Source: an uncultured candidate division Zixibacteria bacterium (GTDB taxonomy: Bacteria > Zixibacteria > MSB-5A5 > GN15 > PGXB01). Taken from it: 64,000 nt of DNA. The stretch is from positions 1,056,001 through 1,120,000 of the forward strand of contig OY969724.1 in NCBI GenBank assembly GCA_963702205.1, written 5' to 3'. The notes beneath the pieces were generated by a model. That model was not told the DNA's origin, did not search any database, and worked only from the letters and a program-made list of their open reading frames with translations. This document shows, one piece after another, positions 8,983-18,828 of the stretch. Within the stretch, counting starts at the first letter, position 1. Every line of letters begins with the position of its first letter. The position numbers were made by a program, and so were the translations under genes.

Positions 8983-10333
8983 GCCATATTGGTTTTTCGG
9001 TCGCGACCGAATTCTTACCCTTGTTTTGACCATATGCACTTTCGGTCCATCTGCGACCACTGCGACCATAACCCCGGCGGCGTCTGATACTCTCTCCCTG
9101 ACTCAATGCGTCACGATCGCATGTGCTAACAGCCTGGAATTGAAAAAGGCGTCAAACGCGATCGACGTCGCCGGGCTCGATCGCAGTCTGGCAGCCAAAG
9201 CGCGGTGGCCCCAATTGCGCTTTGTTGGCGGAGCCGGATATGCACCGTATTCCCTCGATTTCGGCTACGATCCGGCCGTATCCAATGGCGGCGAACTCGG
9301 AGCGCGACTGGTGGCCGAACAAACCGTTTACAGCGGCGGCATTTATTCAGGTCAGATAAAACAGGCCGACATAGGCAAGTCGCTGACCAGGATTTCCTGG
9401 CAACAAGCCAGGAGGGACCTTGAATTCGAAGTCCGTCAGGCGTTTATCGAGCTTCTGATGACCGAACAAAAGCATGATTTCGCGGAAAAAAACGTCACGC
9501 GCCTGTCCGATTTCGCCGATCTCGCTACCGCTTTAAACAAATCCGGAGCGGTCGGATATACCGATGTTCTAAACAGCCGAATGGAACTGGCTCGGGCTCA
9601 AATAGACGCGGAAACAATCGGTCAGGATGTTAGCACCGCCCGGCTGAATCTCGGCCGTCTGCTCGGATATCCCAATGCCGACAGTCTTGTCGTTGATGGT
9701 TCACTTGAGAACCTGTTAATCGATGTGGCCGATACCGTCCAATTGGCACCACGAATGGATACCACCAACAACATCGATCTGGAAGCGGTTCGTCTCGATT
9801 ATGCCCAAAATCGTCTGGCCCTCGACATGACCAGATCCCAGTGGAAACCGAAAGTTGCCATCGCCGCCGATGCCGGTGTCATGACATCACGAGATAATCT
9901 ACTGGCCAATCCGGCCGATCGTTATAACTCAATTGGATATTCGGTCGGAATTAATATCGAAATGCCCGTCTTCGACTGGGGCAGTCGCAGCAAAGAAGTG
10001 GCGAAGAGCAAAATTGAATTAAAGTCCGCCGAAGACAATATCGGGCTGATACGTCGCGAGATTATCTTTGAATATAATGACAACCTGAACCACCTGACCA
10101 ATGCCCGGAAGCGATTATCATCAATCCAGAAGGTTCTGGAAACGGCTGAGAATAATTATCTACTGAATAAGGCCCAATACGCCGACGGTGCTGCTGTCGT
10201 GTCGGATGTAATTATTGCCGCGCAGGCGTTAAGCGACACCAGACAGTCCGAAATCGAAACTCTTGCCGAAATACAACTGCTTCAGGCACGGCTGGACAAA
10301 ATTACCCGGTCAAAACAGGATGATACGCCATGA
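8933..10333 (+). CDS. TolC-family outer membrane efflux protein (start uncertain)
   Basis: Two OEP-like halves (WPQL..., MPVFDWG), 'TLSLTQCV' N-terminal motif, position before MFP and RND genes. Confidence 0.85.
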   Translation: MTKRPKAAKAVKPTKIKPYWFFGRDRILTLVLTICTFGPSATTATITPAASDTLSLTQCVTIACANSLELKKASNAIDVAGLDRSLAAKARWPQLRFVGGAGYAPYSLDFGYDPAVSNGGELGARLVAEQTVYSGGIYSGQIKQADIGKSLTRISWQQARRDLEFEVRQAFIELLMTEQKHDFAEKNVTRLSDFADLATALNKSGAVGYTDVLNSRMELARAQIDAETIGQDVSTARLNLGRLLGYPNADSLVVDGSLENLLIDVADTVQLAPRMDTTNNIDLEAVRLDYAQNRLALDMTRSQWKPKVAIAADAGVMTSRDNLLANPADRYNSIGYSVGINIEMPVFDWGSRSKEVAKSKIELKSAEDNIGLIRREIIFEYNDNLNHLTNARKRLSSIQKVLETAENNYLLNKAQYADGAAVVSDVIIAAQALSDTRQSEIETLAEIQLLQARLDKITRSKQDDTP

Positions 10334-11334
10334 AATCGAAATTGATATATATTCTGCAACTGCTTATAGGGTTGTTTGTGCTGGGATGCAGTAACGATAC
10401 GCCCGGAAACCAGGACCCCGCTATGCCGGACCCGGTTGTGGCCGTACAGGTGGCCCCCGTCGAACAAAGAACGATGCCGGAAAACCTCACCGTCGATGGC
10501 GTCACCGAAGTGCGGGACCGGGAAACCGTCATTTCACCGATTGATGGTACAATTCTAAAGCTTTATGCCGAAGTCGGAGATTCTGTCGATGACGGCGATA
10601 CCCTGGCAATTATAAGAACCAAAAATTCCGAGGCGGCAATATCCGGCGCCCAACGGCTGTTAAGCGAAGCTTCCGCGCCTAATCAACGCGCCGAAGCCGA
10701 AAAGATGATGCAGATCGCGGAAGACAACGAACAAATTGTCCCTGTCACAGCCGGGCTTTCCGGTGTCGTGACCGAGCGTATGGTCAGCTCCGGTCAAGCC
10801 GTCGCCGCTTACGCTGATATGTTTCAAGTCGTCGATCTTGCGACTCTGGATTTCATGGCTAATGTCCCTTTGAAGGACCTGCCCAACGTCAACGTCGGAC
10901 AAGCGTGCCATATAAGATTTCCTGCTCTGCCGGATCAAAATTTTTCCGGGGAAATTGTCTCCATAAGCGCCCGATCCGATCGGGGAAGCCAAACCACTCC
11001 GGTGAGAATTGGTTTTCGGTCCGGTGCTTCCGGCTCGATTCTGCGGGTTGGCATGGCCGGTACGGCAGAAATCGCGATAGACGCACACCCAAAAGTCCTG
11101 GTCGTTCCGACAGTGGCCCTGCTTCGCGACGACATCAACCAGACCTATACGATTTATACAGTAGGCGCCGACTCTCTCGCCCGGGCGATACCGGTGACGA
11201 CAGGAATTGTCAACGATTCGCTGGCCGAAGTGTCCTCACCCTCGCTGCACCCCGGAGATTTGGTGATAGTAAAAGGAAATTACGAAGTCAGCGATTCGAC
11301 GCGGGTTAAAATCGAGTCCGGGAGAACCCGATGA
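10330..11334 (+). CDS. RND efflux periplasmic adaptor (MFP), lipoprotein
   Basis: Lipobox LGC, lipoyl-like 'ISPIDGTILKLYAEVGDSV', 'LRVGMAG', 'VLVVPTVAL'. Confidence 0.9.
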   Translation: MKSKLIYILQLLIGLFVLGCSNDTPGNQDPAMPDPVVAVQVAPVEQRTMPENLTVDGVTEVRDRETVISPIDGTILKLYAEVGDSVDDGDTLAIIRTKNSEAAISGAQRLLSEASAPNQRAEAEKMMQIAEDNEQIVPVTAGLSGVVTERMVSSGQAVAAYADMFQVVDLATLDFMANVPLKDLPNVNVGQACHIRFPALPDQNFSGEIVSISARSDRGSQTTPVRIGFRSGASGSILRVGMAGTAEIAIDAHPKVLVVPTVALLRDDINQTYTIYTVGADSLARAIPVTTGIVNDSLAEVSSPSLHPGDLVIVKGNYEVSDSTRVKIESGRTR

Positions 11335-14300
11335 ATCCCTTCCACTACGCTCAGCACCACCGCAAGGCGCTGCTGTTTTTGCTATCGGGATTGTTATTGG
11401 CCGGACGGGGCGTTACCCGACTAATGCCGGTATCATTGTTTCCCGATATTACTTTCCCGAGAATTGTTATTCTCGCCGACAACGGTGAACAGCCCGCCGA
11501 ACGAATGATGATCGAAGTTACGAAACCGCTCGAGGACGTCTCCAGCTCCGTGCCGGGCGTTGAAATCGTCCGCTCAATAACAGGTCGCGGCTCGACGGAA
11601 ATATCTCTCGGGTTGAGCTGGAACGTCAACGTCGAAGAAGCGCTGCAGATGCTCCAGAATCGAATCGGCGATATCCGCACGACGCTTCCTCCCGATGCTT
11701 CAATTCAGGTGGAACGCATGAGCGTCGCGGTCTTCCCGATACTCGGCTACAGCCTGACATCGGATAGCCTGAGTATGGTCGAATTGAGAGACCTGGCCTT
11801 ATATCAAATCCGTCCCGCCATAACGCGAGTGGCCGGTGTCGCCCGGGTCGAAGTGGTCGGAGGCGAAACCCGCGAATTTCACATTAAAGTCTCACCCGAA
11901 AAACTGGCGGCGTATCATCTCGACATTCGGGATATATCCGCAGCAATCGCCAGTACCAACATGGTGACTTCCGCCGGGCTCGTTGAGAATAATTTTCATC
12001 TTTATCTGTCGCTCGTATCGGGGATATTGGCGTCCTCTGATGACATCGGCAACGTCGTGATCACCAATCGCAATAGTGTTCCGATAACCGTGAAGGATGT
12101 TGCCACCGTCGAATCGTCGATTGCACCGAAATATATTCGCACGACCGCCGACGGCAAAGATGCCGTTTTGATAAGCGTTGTCAAACAGCCGACGGGTAGT
12201 ACGGTCGCCATCGGCGATGCCGTTCGCCGCGAAGTTGCCGGTTTGAACCTTCCACCGGGAGTGAAATTTACCAACTGGTACGATCAGGGGGATTTTATCA
12301 GCCGCTCCATCGGCGGAACCCGCGACAGCATCATAATAGGTATAATTTTATCGATATTTGTTTTGCTGGCGTTTCTGAGAAGCTGGCGAATTGGAATTAT
12401 CATGATAATTGTCGTCCCGGCGACAATTGCGATTACCCTGTTGCTTCTTAAAGTATTCGGGAAAACGATCAATATTATGACCCTCGGCGGGATTGCCGCA
12501 GCTGTGGGGTTGATTATCGACGATACCATTGTTGTCATAGAAAACATTTTCGTCCAGATCGCGCATCAGCGTTTATCCGAGGGGCCGATAAAACAAGTAA
12601 TTCTGGCCGCATCCGGCCGCTCTATTAAACATCTTATACCCGCGATTATCGGCTCGACCGCCTGCACCGTGGCGATTAATGTCCCGCTGATATTTCTTGG
12701 CGGACTTACCGGAGCTTTCTTTGCCTCGCTGGCAATCACGATGATTCTGGCCCTGACCGTATCGTTCTTCCTTTCAACCACAGCGACACCGCTTTTGCTG
12801 GTTTTGGTCATGAGCCGCAGGAGCATCACGGCCGAATTAAATCGGGAAAAGAAATCGTCGCGTATGGTGCAATATTATGAAAAGATCCTTCGCTTCATAC
12901 TCCGCTATCGCGTCGCTGTTATCCCCGTAATGCTTATAATAGCCGGGCTGACTTATTATATCTATCGCGGCATCGGCAGCGGTTTCATGCCGGACATGGA
13001 TGAAGGCACGTTTGTGCTGGATTACGTTTCTCCTCCCGGCACGTCGTTGTCTGAAACCAACGAAATGCTCAATCATGTCGGTCATGCATTGACACAAATT
13101 CCCGAGGTTGAATCGGTACTCGCGGCGGACCGGGACACAACTCGGTTTTTTCCTGACCGAGCCGAATACCGGTGATTTCTTAGTCAAACTCAAATCGCAA
13201 CGGTCACGATCGATCTATGGCGTCATCGCCGAAGTGCGGCGCGTTGTCGATTCGACGGAACCGGCCCTTCAGGTCGATTTCGGACAGCTTATGGGCGACG
13301 TAATCGGCGACCTGACCAATACTCCCAAGCCGATCGAGATCAAGCTGTTCGGCGACAATATAAACCTGCTTGAAAGCAAAGCACAGGAAGTCGCCAAAAT
13401 GATCGAATCTGTTCCCGGGGTAGTCGATATTTTCGATGGAATCGTGATTTCCGGACCGTCGTTCGTAGTCAATGTCGACCGTCACCGGGCGTCACTTTTT
13501 GGTTTGACTACAGACGACGTGCAGGCCCAGCTCGCATCCATGGTGCGGGGAGACGTGGCCAGCAACATGCAGCGCGGTGAAAAGCTGATCGGATTGAGAG
13601 TATCCTACCCCGATACGTACAAGGACAATTTTGAACGAATCAAACAAATCAAAATAGTAAATCCCGATGGCGTTCTTGTACCGTTGAGTGAAATTGCAGA
13701 TTTTGAATTCACCCCCGGCCAGTCGGAACTCGACCGTGAGGGATTAAGGTCTGTCGTCGCCGTAAGTGCCAGAATCGAGGGCCGTGATCTGGGAAGAACC
13801 ATCAGCGACATCAAGCGATTGCTTTCCAGCCATTTGATATTGCCTCCCAGAGTGAGTCTCGAATATGGTGGTGTCTATAAAACGCAACAACAATCGTTTC
13901 GGGGACTTTTGATAGCGGCTATTACAGCGTTTCTTATGGTGTTTGTCGTATTGTTGTTTGAATTTGGGGAATTCTCGGTGCCATTTTCGATTCTTATGGT
14001 CAGTCTTCTCTCGCTGCTTGGGGTTGTCGGTGCACTTTGGGTTACCGGCACTTCTTTTAATATTTCGAGCTTTGTCGGCCTTATCATGATAATCGGGATC
14101 GTCGCCGAAAACGGTGTCTTTATTATGCACGAGTACAAAGAAGCTCGGCGCGAGGGCGGAGATATCGATTCTGCATTGGTCGTCGCCTGTGGTCGACGCA
14201 TCAGGCCGATCACCATGACCACTCTCGCGGCAGTTCTGGCCCTGATGCCTCTTGCGGTCGGGATTGGTACCGGCGCCCAGATGCTGCAGCCACTGGCTAT

Positions 14301-14412
14301 CGCGGTGATTGGTGGCTTTTGTGTTTCGACGTCATTGCTGTTCTTTTTGCTGCCGGTTCTTTTCCGTTTGCTCCATCGCGGATCAGGGAGTTATTCGCAG
14401 GAGAATATTTAA
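11331..14412 (+). CDS. RND efflux permease (CusA/CzcA/AcrB family), split by a +1 frameshift at about 13115
   Basis: ORFs 11331-13175 and 13108-14412 join as PEVES-YSRRTG if one G in TCGGTAC is removed. Motifs LFPDITFP, GLIIDDTIVVIENI, RIRPITMTTLAA. Confidence 0.9.
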
Positions 14413-14442
14413 ATAAGACATATTAATCAAGAGGGAACTGTC

Positions 14443-15183
14443 ATGACAAAGGGCGTATCGATAATCTGCATGGTGCTTGCAATTATTCTTGTTGCACTGC
14501 CCGTCAACGCTGAAATGAAATCCAAATCTGAAACGGCGTCGGCTGATCAATGGACCGATTCATTTGATTTGGATAACTGCCGTTTTTCCGATACCGGACG
14601 AAATGAGTATTTCATTCTTGAACCCGGCTATCGCCTTACTTTAAAAGGTGTGGAAGATAATGACTCTGTTACGCTCGTGATTTCGGTTTTAAATGAAACG
14701 CAAGCCATAGATGGTGTGTCGACGAGGATCGTGGAAGAACGCGAAACCGCAAACGGCGAATTAGTCGAGGTGTCTCGTAACTATTTTGCATTTTGCAGCA
14801 CATACGCGAGTGTCTTTTATTTCGGCGAAGACGTGGATATATATGAAGACGGAACGATTACCGGCCACCAGGGAAGCTGGCGAGCCGGAGAAAACGGTTT
14901 CCGTCCGGGTTTGATGATGCCGGGGCTCGTTACAATCGGGTCTTCGTACTATCAGGAAATTGCTCCGGATGTTGCGATGGACCGCGCCCGCATAGTCGAC
15001 ACCGATATGACTCTTGATACGCCCGGCGGCCGTTTTGAAAAATGTCTTATGACCGAAGAAACTTCGGCTCTTGAACCCGAATCAGGGGAATATAAAATCT
15101 ACGCTCCTGGCGTAGGATTAATTAAGGACGGCGATTTGTTATTGTCTACTATTGAAAAGAACCAGGATACTGAAGAGAAATGA
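14443..15183 (+). CDS. Secreted hypothetical protein
   Basis: Signal peptide, GAGGG RBS, beta-rich body ending KIYAPGVGLIK; last gene of the efflux block. Confidence 0.75.
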   Translation: MTKGVSIICMVLAIILVALPVNAEMKSKSETASADQWTDSFDLDNCRFSDTGRNEYFILEPGYRLTLKGVEDNDSVTLVISVLNETQAIDGVSTRIVEERETANGELVEVSRNYFAFCSTYASVFYFGEDVDIYEDGTITGHQGSWRAGENGFRPGLMMPGLVTIGSSYYQEIAPDVAMDRARIVDTDMTLDTPGGRFEKCLMTEETSALEPESGEYKIYAPGVGLIKDGDLLLSTIEKNQDTEEK

Positions 15184-15321
15184 ACTGATCATATTTTATT
15201 AAACCGGAAATAATCACTATTGAGAAAGAAATCAGCAGGTCGGACTTGATAGTATATTAATACGGAGAGAGAAACGACGCATTGGTATAAGCAATTATCG
15301 GACAAGAGGTTATTAAAAAAG

Positions 15322-15396
15322 CGGGGTTGACGAGACTCGAACTCGCGACCTCCTGCGTGACAGGCAGGCGTTCTAACCAAACTGAACTACAACCCC
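15322..15396 (-). tRNA. tRNA-Asp(GTC)
   Basis: GGGGTTG/CAACCCC acceptor stem, CCTGC-CTGTCAC-GCAGG anticodon arm, GTTCGAGTC T-loop; CCA not encoded. Confidence 0.96.
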
Positions 15397-15694
15397 GTTG
15401 TATAAGGCTATTCTAAATGTCAGGCGACGATTATATTACACAAATTATGGGCAATTATCAATGAATTTTTCCAGTTTTCCTCTACTTTTCCAGGATTTAA
15501 GCTGTCTTTCTCTGCGCATGGCCTCAGGCCTTGTACCATATTTCTCCCTATAAACCAGCTCCCACGGAATTCCCGGTTTGGTGTATTTCGACCTTCCTTG
15601 ATTATGTCGATTTATTCTGCCGTCAATATTCGCAGTTGTCCCGATGTAGTATTTCCCGTTTTTTTACTTTTGATTATATAAAGGAAGTATTCCA

Positions 15695-15752
15695 AACTCG
15701 CGACCTTCCCGATGACAATCGGGACGTTCTAACCAAACTGAACTACAACCCC
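15695..15752 (-). pseudogene. Truncated tRNA-Asp copy with a substituted anticodon stem
   Basis: Identical to tRNA-Asp in the 5' acceptor strand, D arm and variable loop. Anticodon arm is TCCCGA-TTGTCA-TCGGGA. T-loop and 3' strand are lost. Confidence 0.85.
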
Positions 15753-15851
15753 GGCATTAAAAAACTTCTCTATGCCATAAACCGACCTGCTATTTATAAG
15801 ACCGGAACGAGGATTTGTCAATTGAGATTTACTATAATCCCTCAAATTTAT

Positions 15852-15926
15852 TGGGCAGTACCTGGACTCGAACCAGTGACCCCCTGCGTGTAAGGCAGGT
15901 GCTCTAACCAACTGAGCTAACTGCCC
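15852..15926 (-). tRNA. tRNA-Val(TAC)
   Basis: GGGCAGT/ACTGCCC acceptor, CCTGC-CTTACAC-GCAGG anticodon arm. One extra G in the T-stem 3' strand (CCAGGT), possibly an indel error. Confidence 0.93.
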
Positions 15927-15938
15927 TCAAAAACACGC

Positions 15939-16184
15939 TCAGCTTTCAACCTTGGTTTCTTCGGGAACTTTGCGTTTCTTCTTGTCCCGAATCAATATCG
16001 AAACCGGGATCAAAACACAGTATCCCAGAACCAGAAGCACGGGAGCCAGAGTTATCGAACCGGATGCCAGCGCGATATAGCCGCCGATTATAACCAGCAG
16101 GCCAATCGCGAAAAACAGGTAGTTCCTTGTCCCGAAAGGCCACTCAAAGCGGCCCTTGTCTTCATCTTTTTCTTTTTTTGCCAT
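15939..16184 (-). CDS. Small membrane protein (DUF3098-like)
   Basis: 'F..RNYLFFAIGLLVIIGGYIAL...ITLAPVLLVLGY..IPVSI' two-TM pattern; start at ATG 16184. Confidence 0.75.
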   Translation of the reverse strand: MAKKEKDEDKGRFEWPFGTRNYLFFAIGLLVIIGGYIALASGSITLAPVLLVLGYCVLIPVSILIRDKKKRKVPEETKVES

Positions 16185-16235
16185 CACCTTAACAGACCCC
16201 AATTATAATTGTAACCGGCTGATTGTCAAGCCATT

Positions 16236-17483
16236 TTAAGTACTTTCGGCAGTCACCGGCATATCCCTGATACACCGACACACCGCAAAAAATACTCCCC
16301 ACAGGGCATATAAAAATATCCTCACTTCCATATCGTCCGTGACAGATTCATAAACCCCGGTCAGCATAAACACAATCGTCGCGTTCATCACCGCCGCCGT
16401 GATTATCCCGGCGAATTTGTCAGAATTACCGGACTTATGAATTTTACGGAATTTTTTGAATATCGCCCAGTAAATTCCCAGAAATATCAATAGTGAGGGA
16501 ATACCGGTATGGACCGCTATATTCAGATAATCGTTATGAGCGTGGTTGTGATAGTACGGATAATTTTTGTCGACATAGGGCAGGTAATTTTTCTCGAAAT
16601 TGCCCGGACCAACCCCGAATATCGGCCGCCCGGCTATCATGGAGACCGTCCCCTTCCAGATGACATATCTCGACCTCGGATTGGTGCCGCTAAGTTCCAT
16701 TTTAAGGTGCGATATATGCTGGTTGACCAGCCCAGGTGCGTACAGGTACAGCGTTGCCAAGAATATTATCGCCGATGGAACCAGCCATTTGAAATGTCCT
16801 TTGCGAAAACGGATCAGCAACAGAATCAACACCCATAAAAAAACCCACCCGACTCCTCGTTGATAAGAAAGCAAAGCCGCGATAATCGACAGAAGCGACG
16901 CCAGTCCCAATAGTATTTTGTATTTTTTCTGCTGCACTATTTCGGTCAGTGGGAATAATAGCGCCCCGAGAATTATATAATAGTTCCCGAAAGTCATGGA
17001 GTTATTGAATAGTCCAGCCACCCGGAACTTGTCCGTCTCAATTGGGATCAACTTCTCCATGCGGAACAGATCATAACCCCAATAATGCTGGAAGAAGGCG
17101 TATATCGCTATGACCGCCCCGGAAATTGCCAGCAGTTTGAGAACTTTGAGGACCTGATCTCTTTTATCCAGTACGATTGCCATTGAGGGGATCACAGCGA
17201 AGACCCATTCATCCCGGAATACGACAAACGACCGCGATATATCGGTTCCGACCAGACAGGAAACGAACGACCAGGCTATATACAGCCCTGCGAAAATTAT
17301 GAACGGGTCCCTATAGTCGATGGCGCGATAACGCTTTTCTTTGAAAAATATAACCAGAGCGCAGAAAATAATCGCCCCGGCGAAAGTTTCGGCGCCTCCT
17401 TTGGAAAATGGTGTCGTCAGGAAAAAGCCGCCCGCCGAAAAAATCCCGAATTTTTTTATGAGATTTAGCGGACGGTCGCTCAT
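16236..17483 (-). CDS. O-antigen ligase (Wzy_C/WaaL) family membrane protein
   Basis: Multi-TM; 'RVAGLFNNSMTFG', 'RYVIW...PIFGVGPGNF', 'HAHNDYL'. Confidence 0.88.
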   Translation of the reverse strand: MSDRPLNLIKKFGIFSAGGFFLTTPFSKGGAETFAGAIIFCALVIFFKEKRYRAIDYRDPFIIFAGLYIAWSFVSCLVGTDISRSFVVFRDEWVFAVIPSMAIVLDKRDQVLKVLKLLAISGAVIAIYAFFQHYWGYDLFRMEKLIPIETDKFRVAGLFNNSMTFGNYYIILGALLFPLTEIVQQKKYKILLGLASLLSIIAALLSYQRGVGWVFLWVLILLLIRFRKGHFKWLVPSAIIFLATLYLYAPGLVNQHISHLKMELSGTNPRSRYVIWKGTVSMIAGRPIFGVGPGNFEKNYLPYVDKNYPYYHNHAHNDYLNIAVHTGIPSLLIFLGIYWAIFKKFRKIHKSGNSDKFAGIITAAVMNATIVFMLTGVYESVTDDMEVRIFLYALWGVFFAVCRCIRDMPVTAEST

Positions 17484-18071
17484 TTAAAAAAGATCGCTTT
17501 CGATCAATTCCACGAGAAGGTGTATGTAGAAAATGTGTTCTTCCTGGATTCTTTGAACGGATTTGTGAGGAATTATCAGTTTCTTGTCGCAAATCGAGGC
17601 CAGCTTGCCGCCGCTGCCACCGAGCAAACCAATCACGAGCATATTCATCTGGCGTGCGGTTTCAGCCGCCCTGACGACATTGGTCGAATTGCCCGACGTC
17701 GATATCGCCAGGAGAACGTCGCCCGGACGACCCAGCGCCGCCACCTGCCTTGAAAAAATACTGTCGAAACCGTAATCGTTGGCCGCCGCGGTCATCACAG
17801 AAATGTCGGTATTAAGGCTGATCGCGGCCAAAGGCTCACGATTGCGCTCGGACGTCAGCCGGACTATCAATTCCCCGGCCATATGGGAGCTGTCCGCCGC
17901 CGAACCGCCGTTGCCGCAAATCAGGATTTTCCCGCCGGCACCCAATACTCCGGAAATCTGATTGGCGATTTCGACGGCTTTCACCGCCAGGTCTTCGGCC
18001 GTCTTCATACGCAGGCGCGATGACTCCTCGGCGGCCCGTATTATTATGTTCTGGCGTTCTTCGTCAGTCAT
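17484..18071 (-). CDS. gmhA: D-sedoheptulose-7-phosphate isomerase
   Basis: CGNGGSAADSSH, ANDYGF, ISTSGNS, RIQEEH. Confidence 0.95.
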   Translation of the reverse strand: MTDEERQNIIIRAAEESSRLRMKTAEDLAVKAVEIANQISGVLGAGGKILICGNGGSAADSSHMAGELIVRLTSERNREPLAAISLNTDISVMTAAANDYGFDSIFSRQVAALGRPGDVLLAISTSGNSTNVVRAAETARQMNMLVIGLLGGSGGKLASICDKKLIIPHKSVQRIQEEHIFYIHLLVELIESDLF

Positions 18072-18826
18072 ACTTCAATGCTTTCCCTGATATGTGCCGC
18101 GCGGGCGAATTCAAGAAGCTTCCCATATCCCGATTTTTCAAAATGATTGCCGACAATTACGAATGATGCTCCCGATTTAATTTTGCTTTCGACCTCTTCC
18201 GGGGTTCGGATGCCGCCGCCCACTATCAGCGGGATGTCGGCATACGCGGCCACTTCCGCGATTAATGCTTCCGGGACCGTCCTTGCCGCGCCCGAACCCG
18301 CTTCGAGAAAAACCGCCTTCATCCCGAAATATTTTGCCGTCAGAGCATAAGCACAGACAATATCGTGCTTGTCCGACGGTATCGGCAGGGAGTTGGACAT
18401 GTACTGCACCGACGTATATTTCCCCGATTCGATAAGCAGGTATGCCGTCGGAATCGCCTCCAGTCCGAATTTCTTGACCACCGGGGCGCCCTTGAGCTGC
18501 TCTTCGATTAGGTACTGCGGATTGCGACCGGACAGAAGCGCCGTAAACAGGACGGCGTCGGCGTACGGAGAAACCTGGCTGTGTGACCCCGGAAAAAGTA
18601 TTACCGGAAGATTGGTGGCACCTTTGATCTTCTTGACCGCTTCGTGGAAATTGCCTTTGATGGCCAGCGAGGATCCCACCAAAAGGGCGTCGACTTCACA
18701 GTCCTCGGCCTTTTCCGCGGTAGCCAGAAGATCCTCTTCCGTGACCCGGTCCGGGTCGAGCAGCACCATAAAACAGCCGCCGCGCTCCGATTTTATTTCG
18801 AGCAGTTTATCGAAAATTCCGGGCAT
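18068..18826 (-). CDS. pcrB: Geranylgeranylglyceryl/heptaprenylglyceryl phosphate synthase (PcrB/GGGPS family, group II-like)
   Basis: LLDPD, LLVGSS, ILFPGS, LLSGRNPQYLI, FLEAGSGA, VGGGIR. Confidence 0.9.
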   Translation of the reverse strand: MPGIFDKLLEIKSERGGCFMVLLDPDRVTEEDLLATAEKAEDCEVDALLVGSSLAIKGNFHEAVKKIKGATNLPVILFPGSHSQVSPYADAVLFTALLSGRNPQYLIEEQLKGAPVVKKFGLEAIPTAYLLIESGKYTSVQYMSNSLPIPSDKHDIVCAYALTAKYFGMKAVFLEAGSGAARTVPEALIAEVAAYADIPLIVGGGIRTPEEVESKIKSGASFVIVGNHFEKSGYGKLLEFARAAHIRESIEV

Positions 18827-18828
18827 AT

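Noticed and set aside
15531..15893. 120-aa ORF between the tRNAs
   Set aside because: Runs antisense through the pseudo-tRNA and tRNA-Val; no motif or RBS.
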